Counted from the stretch's first letter, positions 1 through 9,602 are shown. The stretch: DNA of 16,417 nucleotides from Candidatus Micrarchaeaceae archaeon (GCA_050013715.1 JBEKES010000018.1:1-16417), one strand, 5' to 3'. The notes: generated by a model from the sequence alone, not told the origin. A program made the numbers and translations.

Positions 1-1
1 A

Positions 2-592
2 ACTTTTGTTAGGGGTATGTGGGAACTTGATTCGTATAACTTTCCAATATTTTCGTCAACTGATATATTCACAAAACCTTTACTAAGTAAATTAGGAAAG
101 TTAACTCAGGATGACTTTAACTCTTATTGGAAATCTCTATTAGAATCTGGGCACGTTACAGATATATTCATGACACCAAATTGGCAAATATCTAACGGTG
201 CAACTGCCGAGTATAATATTGCTAAAGAAAAGAATCTAGTAATACATTATTGGGATATAAATCCAAAAGATTGTGTTATATTGTTCGTAGCTCCAGAGGA
301 TGCAAAAAGGCATATTTATTATACGTCTGACAAACCGCCTCACTATATGATACATCCTTCTGCAATGGCAAGAGATATGAGATTTCTTAAAACTGTAGGG
401 GAAATGGAATTTAAAGAAGTAAAAGCAATGGTAGATAGGCACATTAGACATTCAAGACGCTTGGCAGGTGAAAAAAGCAGAAATCTCGAAGATAGTAACA
501 GGAAGTGGGAAGAGTATTACAGAGGACAAGATGAATACGAAGTAGTTATTGCACAATTAAGAAAAGATCAAGCTTCGCAAAATACAAAGTAG
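2..592 (+). CDS. Hypothetical protein, probably 5'-partial; N-terminal half resembles DUF4406/nucleoside deoxyribosyltransferase-like fold, followed by an unrecognised region
   Basis: The frame of the ATG at 17 is open to the window edge (act ttt gtt agg ggt atg). Segment IFMTPNWQISNGATAEYNIAKEKNLVIHY matches the 'xxPxWxxSxGAxxExxxAxxxxxxI' pattern of that family as I recall it. Stop TAG 590-592. Confidence 0.45.
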   Translation, partial: TFVRGMWELDSYNFPIFSSTDIFTKPLLSKLGKLTQDDFNSYWKSLLESGHVTDIFMTPNWQISNGATAEYNIAKEKNLVIHYWDINPKDCVILFVAPEDAKRHIYYTSDKPPHYMIHPSAMARDMRFLKTVGEMEFKEVKAMVDRHIRHSRRLAGEKSRNLEDSNRKWEEYYRGQDEYEVVIAQLRKDQASQNTK

Positions 593-617
593 ATATCTGT
601 AAAAATTAGATGATAAA

Positions 618-1799
618 TTGTCATACCAATTAAAGTATAATTTAAATGATGTTAATCATAACATACCTACAAGGTCTAGAGCAAATGTGATACATCGTTT
701 CCTGCTTCGCAAGGATGTATCTCATGCTTCTCAAGGTTTTGGTCATGTTCATTTTAAAGGAAGCGATGGGGATAGAGAAATAAAATCCGAACATTTAATA
801 GAATCCATCAACTTTTTCTTAAGAAGGAAAAAATTAGAACGTGCAACAATAATAGCAGAAAAATCTGGCTACTTAACACATGCATCAGATTACTATGCAC
901 GTAAAGGTTGGTTTGTAAGTGCTGCAAGAGTAGAACTTAAATTAGGACATGTTGATAGAGCTTTAGAGTTCTATAAGAAAGAAGAATTTGATGGTGCAAT
1001 TGGTAGATTAATTGAAAAAGAAGTATTGTCAAGAGGTATAGTAGGAGACCCTAAAGAAAATAAGTTTTTAAAAGAGGTACTTGAACGCTACGAAAAAGCT
1101 AAACTTTGGGGTAGAGCAGCCAAATTAGCTGAAAGATTCGGATTAGATGAAGAGGCAATAGGATATTATGAAAAAAGAGGATGGTTTGCTAGTGCTGGTA
1201 AACTCTCCGAAAAACTTGGAAAAGTAGATAATGCAATAGATTATTACCTAAAAGAGGCTACTGGAAATGCTCCACTTGCTATCAGAGGAGATGCTGTTAT
1301 CTATAACGTATATCCGAGATACGGAAATTATCATGTATACTATTTTGATAAAGCTGCAAAACTAGCCAAACGTACTGGAAATGAGGAGAGAAGTGCAGAT
1401 ATATATGAGACTGGGGTTAAGTTCTTTGAAACCAGAGAGAATTATAGTGCTGCCGCAAAATTACTCAAGAAGGCAGGAAAAATAGACGATGCCATATCAA
1501 TGTACATGAAAAGAGGTACAAAACAGGACTGGGTTGTTATAATGGATTATGATTTTCCTAACTTTTACCCCAATAGACTTGTAAGTGCAGCTAGACTCGC
1601 TGAGAGGTCTGGAAACTTATCGAGAGCTATGAGCATATATGAAAAATATATGGAGGAAATAGAACACGTACAGTTAGATATCCTAGATTTTGATGATCTG
1701 AAAAGTGTGCACAAGCCTGATTACGTTAGAAAACAGTTGCAGAGAGTACAAAAACGTTTTCTAAAATCATCAGAAAACAAACAACTTAATCTTTTCTAG
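618..1799 (+). CDS. Alpha-solenoid (TPR/SNAP-like) helical repeat protein; start uncertain
   Basis: 393-aa ORF with ~26-aa repeats: YYARKGWFVSAARVELKLGHVDRALEFY, YYEKRGWFASAGKLSEKLGKVDNAIDYY, FFETRENYSAAAKLLKKAGKIDDAISMY, SAARLAERSGNLSRAMSIY. The TTG start has no obvious SD. Confidence 0.7.
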   Translation: MSYQLKYNLNDVNHNIPTRSRANVIHRFLLRKDVSHASQGFGHVHFKGSDGDREIKSEHLIESINFFLRRKKLERATIIAEKSGYLTHASDYYARKGWFVSAARVELKLGHVDRALEFYKKEEFDGAIGRLIEKEVLSRGIVGDPKENKFLKEVLERYEKAKLWGRAAKLAERFGLDEEAIGYYEKRGWFASAGKLSEKLGKVDNAIDYYLKEATGNAPLAIRGDAVIYNVYPRYGNYHVYYFDKAAKLAKRTGNEERSADIYETGVKFFETRENYSAAAKLLKKAGKIDDAISMYMKRGTKQDWVVIMDYDFPNFYPNRLVSAARLAERSGNLSRAMSIYEKYMEEIEHVQLDILDFDDLKSVHKPDYVRKQLQRVQKRFLKSSENKQLNLF

Positions 1800-1829
1800 C
1801 TCGACAATAGATCATATCAGAAAAAGCGA

Positions 1830-3226
1830 TCAAAAATAATGCAGTATCTTCCTCAAAACCTTACCGCTCAACTTAGGTATCTTCCCAGCTTTAATTTGTT
1901 TCTTTCTGTCATAGAATTGCCTTCTTGATATGCCCGAACTTTTGACCTCTTTCCACTTCTTTAAAAAGAAGCCCTTTATCTGTTCTGGATTGTCATAAAC
2001 GTTGTAATTGACGTTATCCAGTCCACTTAGATTGTCCTCTATTTTGTCGGCTTCCTTGCCAATGTACATTATCTTGTCTACTGTTATATGCCTTCTTTGG
2101 AGCAGTCCTACTGTTCCCTCTAACTTTGCTTCGGGGTGGTCTCTGTAATCAGATAGCTCATCAGCTAGGTTCTTGAAATAGTGCTGTCCGTTCATTAGTC
2201 TGCCAGTCTTGTAGTCTATGAACTCTCCATGAGGCATTGACTGGGGATCACTGGAGAATGGAGCTATCGGTTTTATGTTTTTATCATTGCTGAAACCTAT
2301 CAGCATGAAATTGAACGGCTTTATGCTGTCGTTATAGCTCTTCTTTTTGTTCAATCGCTTAAATCTGTTCATTAGACGTGTGGTTGATATTGTAAACTGG
2401 GATATTGCATAGAAGTTTCTGTATTTATCAAGAAACTCTTGCTCCGTTATCAATCCATGCTCTAATTCCAGCATGTCTATCCATATCTCCTTTTGCCAAT
2501 GACCTTCCTTTTTACCGAATGGGTTTAGTAAATGTCCAAGTCCATGCAAAGAATAGTCCTCATCCTTGTCAGTCTCCTTTATCTCTATCTTGCTGTTCTT
2601 GTCTATGGTAAATAGAGCATAGCGTTTTGCACTTATAGCGTAAAGCAAAATTCTTTCTTCCTCTACCTTGAAAAGATGAGGTACGTTTTGTAAGGGTTAA
2701 GTGGGTCAAAGAACTCTACGATTTCGTCCTTGTACTTCGGTGGTATGAAAAAGCTGTCCGTATCACAGTAAGCTACCACCTCGTTGTGCTTTTGCAGTAT
2801 GCAGTCCCCTAGTCCTAGCAGCAACTTAGCCCCGTCGGTTATCATCGTAGCTATAAGTGGATGGTAGTATTCCCCTAACTTCTCGTAGAACTTCTTATCG
2901 ATAAATGCTTCGTTACCGCTGTAGACCATTATGTTTGATTTGATGTCCTCTCTGTCTAATTGGAAATAAATGCCATAGCTAGTGGCATTGGCAAGAATCT
3001 TTATTGCTTTTTCTCTGCCGTCATTAACCCTCTTTGATTCCTGTTTCTGTTCTACCAGAATCTTGAACAGATTGTCATTTTTAGGATTAATGTCTATCCC
3101 AAGTATTCGGGCTTTCCTGAGGGTTGTTTGTGTTCCTACTGGTAGAAATCTGATCGCTCGCTTTATTTTTGGAATTTTACCAGTTAGTAATCTCGACAGT
3201 AGAACGCTTGGAAGTCCATAGTACAA
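1830..3226 (-). pseudogene. polB: Casposon-type family B DNA polymerase, 5'-truncated and frameshifted, with a C-terminal HTH-like tail
   Basis: ORF 2663-3226 has motif B (KILANATSYG) and motif C (YCDTDS). ORF 1830-2648 has KRY (ISAKRYALF), HGLGHLLNP, PFNF, HPEAK and IGKE, which I recognise from casposon/Cas1-associated PolBs. Adding one base to the T4 run at 2686-2689 joins them as ...NPYKNVPHLFKVEEERILLYAISAKRY. Exonuclease domain and motif A are missing. Confidence 0.8.
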
Positions 3227-3518
3227 AACCTCTTTTATCCCTTCTATAAAGTTCAGCCAAAATTGCAGATGCAGTTACTAAATTGTCGTCTTCTGGTTGC
3301 CTATACCAAGGGACTTTTGTCATGTCTCCGAATCTCTTATCAGCATTAGTTCCAACATTGCCAGCAGCAAGAGTAGTTCTATGAATCAATTGCTTTCTCA
3401 CTAAGCTACCAATTTTTTGTATGTCGTCTGGAAGGGTTTTCCTAATGAGTTCTTTATATAGACCCGAATTAGTATACATTGAGAACTCAAGATAATGATT
3501 AAGGACTTTATTATTCAT
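3177..3518 (-). pseudogene. N-terminal fragment of a transglutaminase-like protein, truncated at ~3220 where polB sequence begins
   Basis: YLEFSMYTNSGLY...LPDDI..IG.LVRKQLIH...GDMTKVPWYRQPEDD...AILAELYRRDKRGFVL resembles the N-terminus of a transglutaminase-domain family. The expected catalytic Cys region never appears, and the last 13 residues are out-of-frame polB. Confidence 0.55.
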
Positions 3519-3657
3519 GTCATCTAACCCTATGTATAGTTGCTCTAAGAATAACTTAATATCTTGCCAAAAGTTACTATAATTAGGTTTCTTGCCAAGA
3601 TTTTGAGATTGAACAAAACATTAAAAAGGGTTGGTTGCTTATCCTTATTTGAAATAT

Positions 3658-4698
3658 ATGGCTTACCATTCGTTTCTGACAATATTACTGCCTGCAATTT
3701 TTTCGCTTATAGCAACTGTCGCAGCGATAAAGCTAGTCATGCCCTACTTCTACAATGCTGGAATAGTAGCGGAAGACAGGAATAAGGAGAAAATTAAGAA
3801 AATACCTGGCAGTGGAGGAGTTACAGTCGCATTCGGCGTTACGGTTGGAATACTTGCCTATACATTCGGCGCTTCTTTCCTGTTTCCTGCAATAATAAAC
3901 GTATCTACAATACTTGCGGTTGCTCTTTCCATAATCTTAATAGCGGGCGTAGGCTTCATCGATGACATAAACGTAAAGACAAAAAGAGTTCAAGTTACTG
4001 GTATGAAAGGAATAAACCAAGGCCTCAAGCAATGGCAGAAGCCTCTCCTTACAATTATCGGTGCATTGCCTTTAATGGCCATAAACGCAGGAGTCAGCAC
4101 AGTTCACATACCATTTCTGGGATTGGTGCATTTCGGGATCTTCTTCCCAATAATAATAATACCCCTCAGCGTAATGTTTGTCACTAATTCATACAATCTG
4201 CTGGGAGGCTTCAACGGCCTGGAAGCAAGCACAGGGCTTATTGCAGGGGTTGGCCTTATGCTGTATTCGTTCTTCTTCGGAAATGCGATAGGATTGTTCC
4301 TTTCAAGCGTATTGGTAGGCTCGCTTCTTGCCTTCCTATGCTTCAACTGGTATCCAGCCAAGCTGCTTCCGGGAGATAGTCTTACCTACTGCATTGGAGG
4401 TGCAATAATAGCCATAATGATAATAGGCCATGCAGAGGCATTCGGGCTTATCATATTCATACCATGGATAATAGAGTTCATACTTCACTTGAGGGGAAAA
4501 TTCAAGGTAACTGACCTTGGCATAAGGCAAAAGGACGGAACGCTTAAGGCGCCCTATGGAAAGAAGATATTCAGCCTTACCCACATAGCAATGAATCTTA
4601 AGAAAACAAAGGAAACCGATGTGACCATAATGTTAGCAGCGTTTGAGGTGTTGTTTGTAGTTATTGCATTGGGTTTGGCAGTGGGAGGATTGCTTTAA
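3658..4698 (+). CDS. aglH: UDP-GlcNAc:dolichyl-phosphate GlcNAc-1-phosphotransferase (GPT/Alg7/AglH; MraY/WecA superfamily)
   Basis: Multi-pass hydrophobic protein with PGSGG, GFIDD, NSYNLLGGFNGLE and FNWYPAKLLPGDS motifs. ATG at 3658 preferred to TTG at 3631. Confidence 0.88.
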   Translation: MAYHSFLTILLPAIFSLIATVAAIKLVMPYFYNAGIVAEDRNKEKIKKIPGSGGVTVAFGVTVGILAYTFGASFLFPAIINVSTILAVALSIILIAGVGFIDDINVKTKRVQVTGMKGINQGLKQWQKPLLTIIGALPLMAINAGVSTVHIPFLGLVHFGIFFPIIIIPLSVMFVTNSYNLLGGFNGLEASTGLIAGVGLMLYSFFFGNAIGLFLSSVLVGSLLAFLCFNWYPAKLLPGDSLTYCIGGAIIAIMIIGHAEAFGLIIFIPWIIEFILHLRGKFKVTDLGIRQKDGTLKAPYGKKIFSLTHIAMNLKKTKETDVTIMLAAFEVLFVVIALGLAVGGLL

Positions 4699-4763
4699 AT
4701 GAACGTTTTTATTTATGTAAGTTCAAAGGATATTGATAACGTATTGCAGGGATAACTGGTAAT

Positions 4764-6338
4764 TTGATGTTCGAGAATAAATTTGACATGGAGTATATAG
4801 GTAGACTATTTACTGTAATTATATTCTCGCTTCTTTCAGTTGCAGGATTCGGGTTCTCCATATACTTATTCCTGGTGGCAAAAACAGTATTCATATACCT
4901 AATAGCAATAGCATTCCTGTTCCTTTCCATAGTTTCAGGATTCTTCAATATACTAGCATCGTATTGGTATTACAAGTCATTTGACTATGAGAAATACGTT
5001 GAAAGCGTGAAGAAAAGTCTCAAGCCCATGAAAGTATATCCAAGCGTAAGCCTGGTAATGCCCACTCATGATGAAGACATAAACATGATAGAGAGCAATG
5101 TCACCGAACTTAAAAAAATGAAATATCCGAAGAATAAATTGAACATATTCGTGCTTAATGATTCATCTGACCTGAAGAACAAAAAAGCAGTCGAGGGCAT
5201 TTGCAAAAAACTGAATGTTAAATTCATATACAGAAACAGCAACAAGGGCTACAAGGCAGGCGCACTGAATAACTTTTTAAAATACTCAAAGGATGAATTC
5301 GTAGCAATTTTCGATTCTGACGAGCATTTGGAGGACAAGAATTTCCTAATGGAAACAATGCCCTACTTCCAGAACGAAAAGATAGCCTATGTGCAAACAG
5401 AGAAAAGATACTCGAAAGGCACGTTCTTCTCAGATTCAGTTGACATATTCGATGCATTCTTCTTCAAGTTCATAGAAACTTCAAGGGCAATGGACAAGAC
5501 AGCAATATTCTCAGGATCATCTGGTGTTGTAAGAAGATCGGTAATAGACATGGTGGGAGGCTTCCCTGAAGTTGCAATAGAAGATACATTCTTCAGCCTA
5601 GAATCCGATCTCAAGGGCTACATGGGCTTTTATCTTCCGAAAATATACGCAAGAGGCAAGCCAATAGATACATTTTCAAAACTGGTAAAACAGCAGTGGA
5701 GATACAACTTCGGTGACACTCAGTTCATAGCCTTTTTCTTCAAGAAAAAGGAATTGAAGAAAAAATCCTGGTTCCCGAAAGTGAACTACATGGCCCACGG
5801 CTTCGGTCTGAATTACCTGTCAGTAGTACTTATCTTCTTTACGATACTTTCAACGGCAATTGTGTTCTCATCGCTTCCGTTCGCGCACATAAACCTTACT
5901 ATTTTCTCAATTACTCACCTTAGCGGATTGGAAATTGCAGAATTATTGGGACTTTTTGCGTTCCTATTGTCTATGTTCGCACCTGCAATACTTACAAAAA
6001 TGTACTTCAAATCATTCAAGAAAGGAGTTATGGTATTCCTTCTGAATTACGCGCTTGCTTTTGTAAGGACAAAGGCCGCACTGGCTGCAGTATTTGGAGA
6101 CAAGAAATTCAAGTGGATAAGCTCCAGCAGCAAAGCCGCAGCGGCAAGCCCTGAAAAGAAGAAGGGACTATTGTATTCGATAAGCAGGACAAAGGTAGAG
6201 GTCGCATTTGTTGTTCTGCTTGTATTTCTGGGATTGTTGGCACTAATCAGATTCAACAACATAGCTGGAGGCATCTGGCTGCTTTGGTATGGAGGAATGT
6301 ACTCTCTTGCTACAGTATTCTTTTATAAGTATGGTTGA
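4764..6338 (+). CDS. Membrane-bound processive-type GT2 glycosyltransferase (cellulose synthase BcsA-like); start may be ATG 4767 or 4788
   Basis: Two N-terminal TM segments, LNDSSD, YKAGALN, FDSDE (DxD), VQT, FSGSSG, IEDT and a QxxRW variant (QQWRY), then several C-terminal TM helices. Confidence 0.85.
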   Translation: MMFENKFDMEYIGRLFTVIIFSLLSVAGFGFSIYLFLVAKTVFIYLIAIAFLFLSIVSGFFNILASYWYYKSFDYEKYVESVKKSLKPMKVYPSVSLVMPTHDEDINMIESNVTELKKMKYPKNKLNIFVLNDSSDLKNKKAVEGICKKLNVKFIYRNSNKGYKAGALNNFLKYSKDEFVAIFDSDEHLEDKNFLMETMPYFQNEKIAYVQTEKRYSKGTFFSDSVDIFDAFFFKFIETSRAMDKTAIFSGSSGVVRRSVIDMVGGFPEVAIEDTFFSLESDLKGYMGFYLPKIYARGKPIDTFSKLVKQQWRYNFGDTQFIAFFFKKKELKKKSWFPKVNYMAHGFGLNYLSVVLIFFTILSTAIVFSSLPFAHINLTIFSITHLSGLEIAELLGLFAFLLSMFAPAILTKMYFKSFKKGVMVFLLNYALAFVRTKAALAAVFGDKKFKWISSSSKAAAASPEKKKGLLYSISRTKVEVAFVVLLVFLGLLALIRFNNIAGGIWLLWYGGMYSLATVFFYKYG

Positions 6339-6360
6339 TTAATCCTATTGGGGGTTTTTT

Positions 6361-7128
6361 GTGGTAGTCAAAAAAGCAATAATTACCAGTGCTGGCCAAG
6401 CTACAAGAATGAGACCCATATCGAATATTGTTCCAAAGGCTCTGCTCCCGGTTTTCAAAACAATTGATGGCAAGAAATACTCTGTTCCTGTTATTGATTT
6501 AATTACCGAATCACTCAGAAATGCAGGTGCAAGTCAATTCTGCTTTGTTGTTGGAGCAAAAGGCCGAATGCTAATGGATTATCTTTCTGAGACAAATGCA
6601 ACCTATGCAATCCAGAAAGAGCCCAAGGGATTTGCAGATGCGGTGCTTAAAGGAGAGGAATTTGCAGGATCTGACCCTTTTTTCCTTCACTCGGATGATG
6701 ACTTCATAACTGGAGGTTACAAAGAAGCAATTGATATATTCGATGAATTGGAGGAAATAGACTGCCTTTGTTTACTTACAAAGGTAGAAGACCCAAAACC
6801 ATATGGCGTTGTAGAAGTTGAACCATACAAAGAGATGTTTTCACATCAGGTCTTCAAGATAAAAAGTGCAGAGGAAAAACCGCTGAACCCGAAATCAAAT
6901 TTTATTTTAAGTGCTGAGTATATATTTACACCCAAAATATTTGATACGATTAGAGAACTTACTAATGAGATAAACAAAGAGGTTTACGTGAGCACCTGCG
7001 TTCAAAAGGTTATAGAAAAAGGTGGAAAGGTATATGGCATGTATATTGATGAAAAGGAAACCTGGCTTACCGTAGGCACTCCCAACACTTATTTTGAAGC
7101 ACTGGATTATTCCTATAAAAATCTATAA
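6361..7128 (+). CDS. Sugar-1-phosphate nucleotidyltransferase (GalU/RmlA/AglF-like)
   Basis: KAIITSAGQATRMRPISNIVPKALLP signature, QKEPKGFADAV, YGVV, EEKP, YIFTP, WLTVGT. Confidence 0.9.
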   Translation: MVVKKAIITSAGQATRMRPISNIVPKALLPVFKTIDGKKYSVPVIDLITESLRNAGASQFCFVVGAKGRMLMDYLSETNATYAIQKEPKGFADAVLKGEEFAGSDPFFLHSDDDFITGGYKEAIDIFDELEEIDCLCLLTKVEDPKPYGVVEVEPYKEMFSHQVFKIKSAEEKPLNPKSNFILSAEYIFTPKIFDTIRELTNEINKEVYVSTCVQKVIEKGGKVYGMYIDEKETWLTVGTPNTYFEALDYSYKNL

Positions 7129-7139
7129 AATAAAGGTAT

Positions 7140-7832
7140 ATGATGTACAAAAAAGATACAGTAAATGTAATAATGCCTGTTTACAATGAGGAGAATACTC
7201 TTCAAGAGATTATAACAAGAGTATTGGAGCAGAAGGTCGTAGATAAACTAATAATAGTAAATGACAGCTCAAAGGACAAAAGCCTTGATATAATAAAAAA
7301 TTTATCTCAAAAAGATAAACGTATAATCTACATTACAAACAAGTCGAATATGGGAAAGGGCTATTCTGTAAGGAAAGGGCTTGAGCTTGTAAAAAGCGGC
7401 ATAGTGATAATACAGGATGCGGATCTTGAATATTATCCAGAAGATTATGGAAAAATGATTCCTTTGCTTAAAGAGGATACATTTGTGCTGGGCACAAGAA
7501 TAAGGAATAATCAAAAAGGGCATAATTATCTTCTTGGAGCATTTGTGAATTCCTGCCTTACTGCAGAGTTCAATTTATTCTACAGTACACGCATGGAAGA
7601 TATCAACACATGCTACAAAGTATTCAAAAAGGAAATGATAAGCGAATCTGAACTCAAGCAGAATGGATTTCTTCTGGATCTTGAGATACTGATGATACTT
7701 ATCAGGAAAGGTTACAAAATGGCTGAGGTAAATGTAAGATACACCAGCAGGACATTCAAGGAAGGTAAAAAAATAACGGCAAAAGACGCAATAAAGCAGT
7801 TCGGATTCATAATAAGTAATAGACTCAGTTAA
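7140..7832 (+). CDS. GT2 glycosyltransferase, dolichol-phosphate-sugar synthase (DPM1-like)
   Basis: VIMPVYNEE, IIVNDSSKD, NMGKGYSV, IQDADLEYYP, DINTCYKVF, GKKI motifs. Confidence 0.9.
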   Translation: MMYKKDTVNVIMPVYNEENTLQEIITRVLEQKVVDKLIIVNDSSKDKSLDIIKNLSQKDKRIIYITNKSNMGKGYSVRKGLELVKSGIVIIQDADLEYYPEDYGKMIPLLKEDTFVLGTRIRNNQKGHNYLLGAFVNSCLTAEFNLFYSTRMEDINTCYKVFKKEMISESELKQNGFLLDLEILMILIRKGYKMAEVNVRYTSRTFKEGKKITAKDAIKQFGFIISNRLS

Positions 7833-7841
7833 CTTGCACTC

Positions 7842-7849
7842 TTTTTAAA
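7842..7849 (+). promoter_or_regulatory. Putative archaeal TATA box for a leaderless transcript of the 7870 gene
   Basis: TTTTTAAA lies 21-28 nt upstream of ATG 7870, with no SD in between. Confidence 0.45.
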
Positions 7850-7869
7850 CTTGCTTCCGTAGATATAAT

Positions 7870-8916
7870 ATGCAAAAATTAAGCCTTTTGATATTCTCAA
7901 AGGATTGCCTTGACGAGACGCTAAGCCTAATCAAGGATATGTATGATTATGTTGACGAGATTGTGCTAATAGACCAATCAAGAAAAAAGGAATTTGAGCT
8001 TATTCAAAAACACAAAAAAAATAACAAGCTGGGCAAATTAAGGCTCTTTTATACAGTTTCGTTAGGTTATCCTGACCCGTTGAGAATGTATGCGCTTAAA
8101 AAATGCAGATACGACTGGGTTATATTCATCGATACTGATGAACGACTATCAGATAAATTAAAATCGGATCTCAAGGAACTAATCAACAGAAAAGTCGATG
8201 CCTATGCAATAAAAAGATACGAAGAGGTTAAAGACCCAAATAATCTGCCTCTGTTTTCCACATGGCAGACAAGACTATTCAGGAAAAAATCAGTTGAATT
8301 CATGGGAACTCCGCACGAACAGGCAATAGTGAAAGGAAAATTCAAAAGAATAATGGAAAATGATTGCTTCATGATGCATTTATCGAAAATGATGAATAGG
8401 AAAGCGCAGCAGGCATACGGTGAAATAGAGAAGTTTGAGCGCCTCACCTACAAAATGCAAAGGGAAAAGATGTTATCATATATTTCCAAGATAGATTCAG
8501 ATTCTAGCAAAGCAGAGCAGAGCAATTTAACCAAGCTGGTTATCAACTATATGAGGCTCTACAAATCAATAACTTTTAAAGAGGATAATCAAGAGTTATC
8601 AAACTTTGATTATTTCATGTACTATGCAATGCTTGACGCAGTTTACTACACGCTTGAAGGCAATTTGAGCGGATTTTTTAATATAATACCATCTGAACAG
8701 AAGCACATCAAGCAGATAAACAGATGGCAGCGCGAAAAAGACGGAGGCAAAGTTCTTGAGATATCGAAAATAATAAACGAAATGGGATTAATAAAATTTT
8801 TAGGCCTTGAAAAGGAAAGCGTAATTGAAAATTTGAAGAGGAAATACAGCTACGATGATGGAGGGATAACCCTTCTCATGAAACTTATATACGAAAAATA
8901 CGACAGCATGAAGTAA
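7870..8916 (+). CDS. GT2 glycosyltransferase (beta-1,4-glucosyltransferase-like N-terminal domain) with a helical C-terminal extension
   Basis: VDEIVLID, RMYALKKCRYDWVIFIDTDERLS (DxD), RLFRK, PHE motifs. Confidence 0.8.
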   Translation: MQKLSLLIFSKDCLDETLSLIKDMYDYVDEIVLIDQSRKKEFELIQKHKKNNKLGKLRLFYTVSLGYPDPLRMYALKKCRYDWVIFIDTDERLSDKLKSDLKELINRKVDAYAIKRYEEVKDPNNLPLFSTWQTRLFRKKSVEFMGTPHEQAIVKGKFKRIMENDCFMMHLSKMMNRKAQQAYGEIEKFERLTYKMQREKMLSYISKIDSDSSKAEQSNLTKLVINYMRLYKSITFKEDNQELSNFDYFMYYAMLDAVYYTLEGNLSGFFNIIPSEQKHIKQINRWQREKDGGKVLEISKIINEMGLIKFLGLEKESVIENLKRKYSYDDGGITLLMKLIYEKYDSMK

Positions 8917-8918
8917 TT

Positions 8919-9602
8919 TTATCTTATGGTGCATTCCTGAATGCTTGGGTTGATCTCTTTTGAAATGGAGCCCAATTCAATTGATTTAACCCATTTACCC
9001 TTGGTTATGTCCATGTTTACTAGTTCGCTGGTCGCCATGAACGGCTGCAGGAACCATCTTTTTGCAGGGCTTATCTGGGTTGCAATTTCTATCAAATCCT
9101 CTCTTGTGAGGTTTGGCCCTGCCGTTGTTCTGAATTCATAGTCGATCTTTGAATCTTTTATAAGGTTCATGCTTTCCTTTATATTGGCTATGTTTGCGTA
9201 GGTTCCCGTTATGCTTTCATACTTATTCCATGGCGCCTTGATGTCCATGGCTATGTATTCAACGCTTTTTTTGTTTATTATTTTTCTAAGCATTCCAGGA
9301 TTTGATCCGTTTGTATCCAATTTTATGTGGAATCCTAGTTCATGAAGAGTTTCGATGAATTCCGGGAGGTCCGTCCATATTGTTGGCTCTCCTCCAGTAA
9401 TTACAACCGAATCGATTAGCTTTTTCCTTTTCAATAGATAGGATATCATGCGCTTGTGATCCGTGGAAATATTTCTTCTGAATACCAGATCAGGATTGTA
9501 GCAATAGTGGCATCGCATGTTGCAGCCAGATGTAAATAGTATGGTTGCCACTCTGCCCGGGAAGTCCACCAGCGTTGTTTTCTGGATTCCTCCGAACTGC
9601 AT
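8919..9602 (-). CDS. nrdG: Anaerobic ribonucleotide reductase activating enzyme (radical SAM)
   Basis: TTLVDFPG, CNMRCHYCYNP (CxxxCxxC), ITGGEPT, KLDTNGS, AMDIKAP, YEFRTT; last gene of the nrdD operon. Confidence 0.95.
   Translation of the reverse strand: MQFGGIQKTTLVDFPGRVATILFTSGCNMRCHYCYNPDLVFRRNISTDHKRMISYLLKRKKLIDSVVITGGEPTIWTDLPEFIETLHELGFHIKLDTNGSNPGMLRKIINKKSVEYIAMDIKAPWNKYESITGTYANIANIKESMNLIKDSKIDYEFRTTAGPNLTREDLIEIATQISPAKRWFLQPFMATSELVNMDITKGKWVKSIELGSISKEINPSIQECTIR

Noticed and set aside
2680..2695. Programmed -1 ribosomal frameshift in polB
   Set aside because: TAC AAA ACG is not an X XXY YYZ slippery heptamer, and the gene is already 5'-truncated; a deletion or sequencing error is simpler.
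3562..3598. Direct repeat TCTTGCCAA (3562-3570, 3590-3598) as a target-site duplication or operator
   Set aside because: Two 9-mers 28 nt apart do not flank an element, and I saw no matching copy at the other polB boundary.
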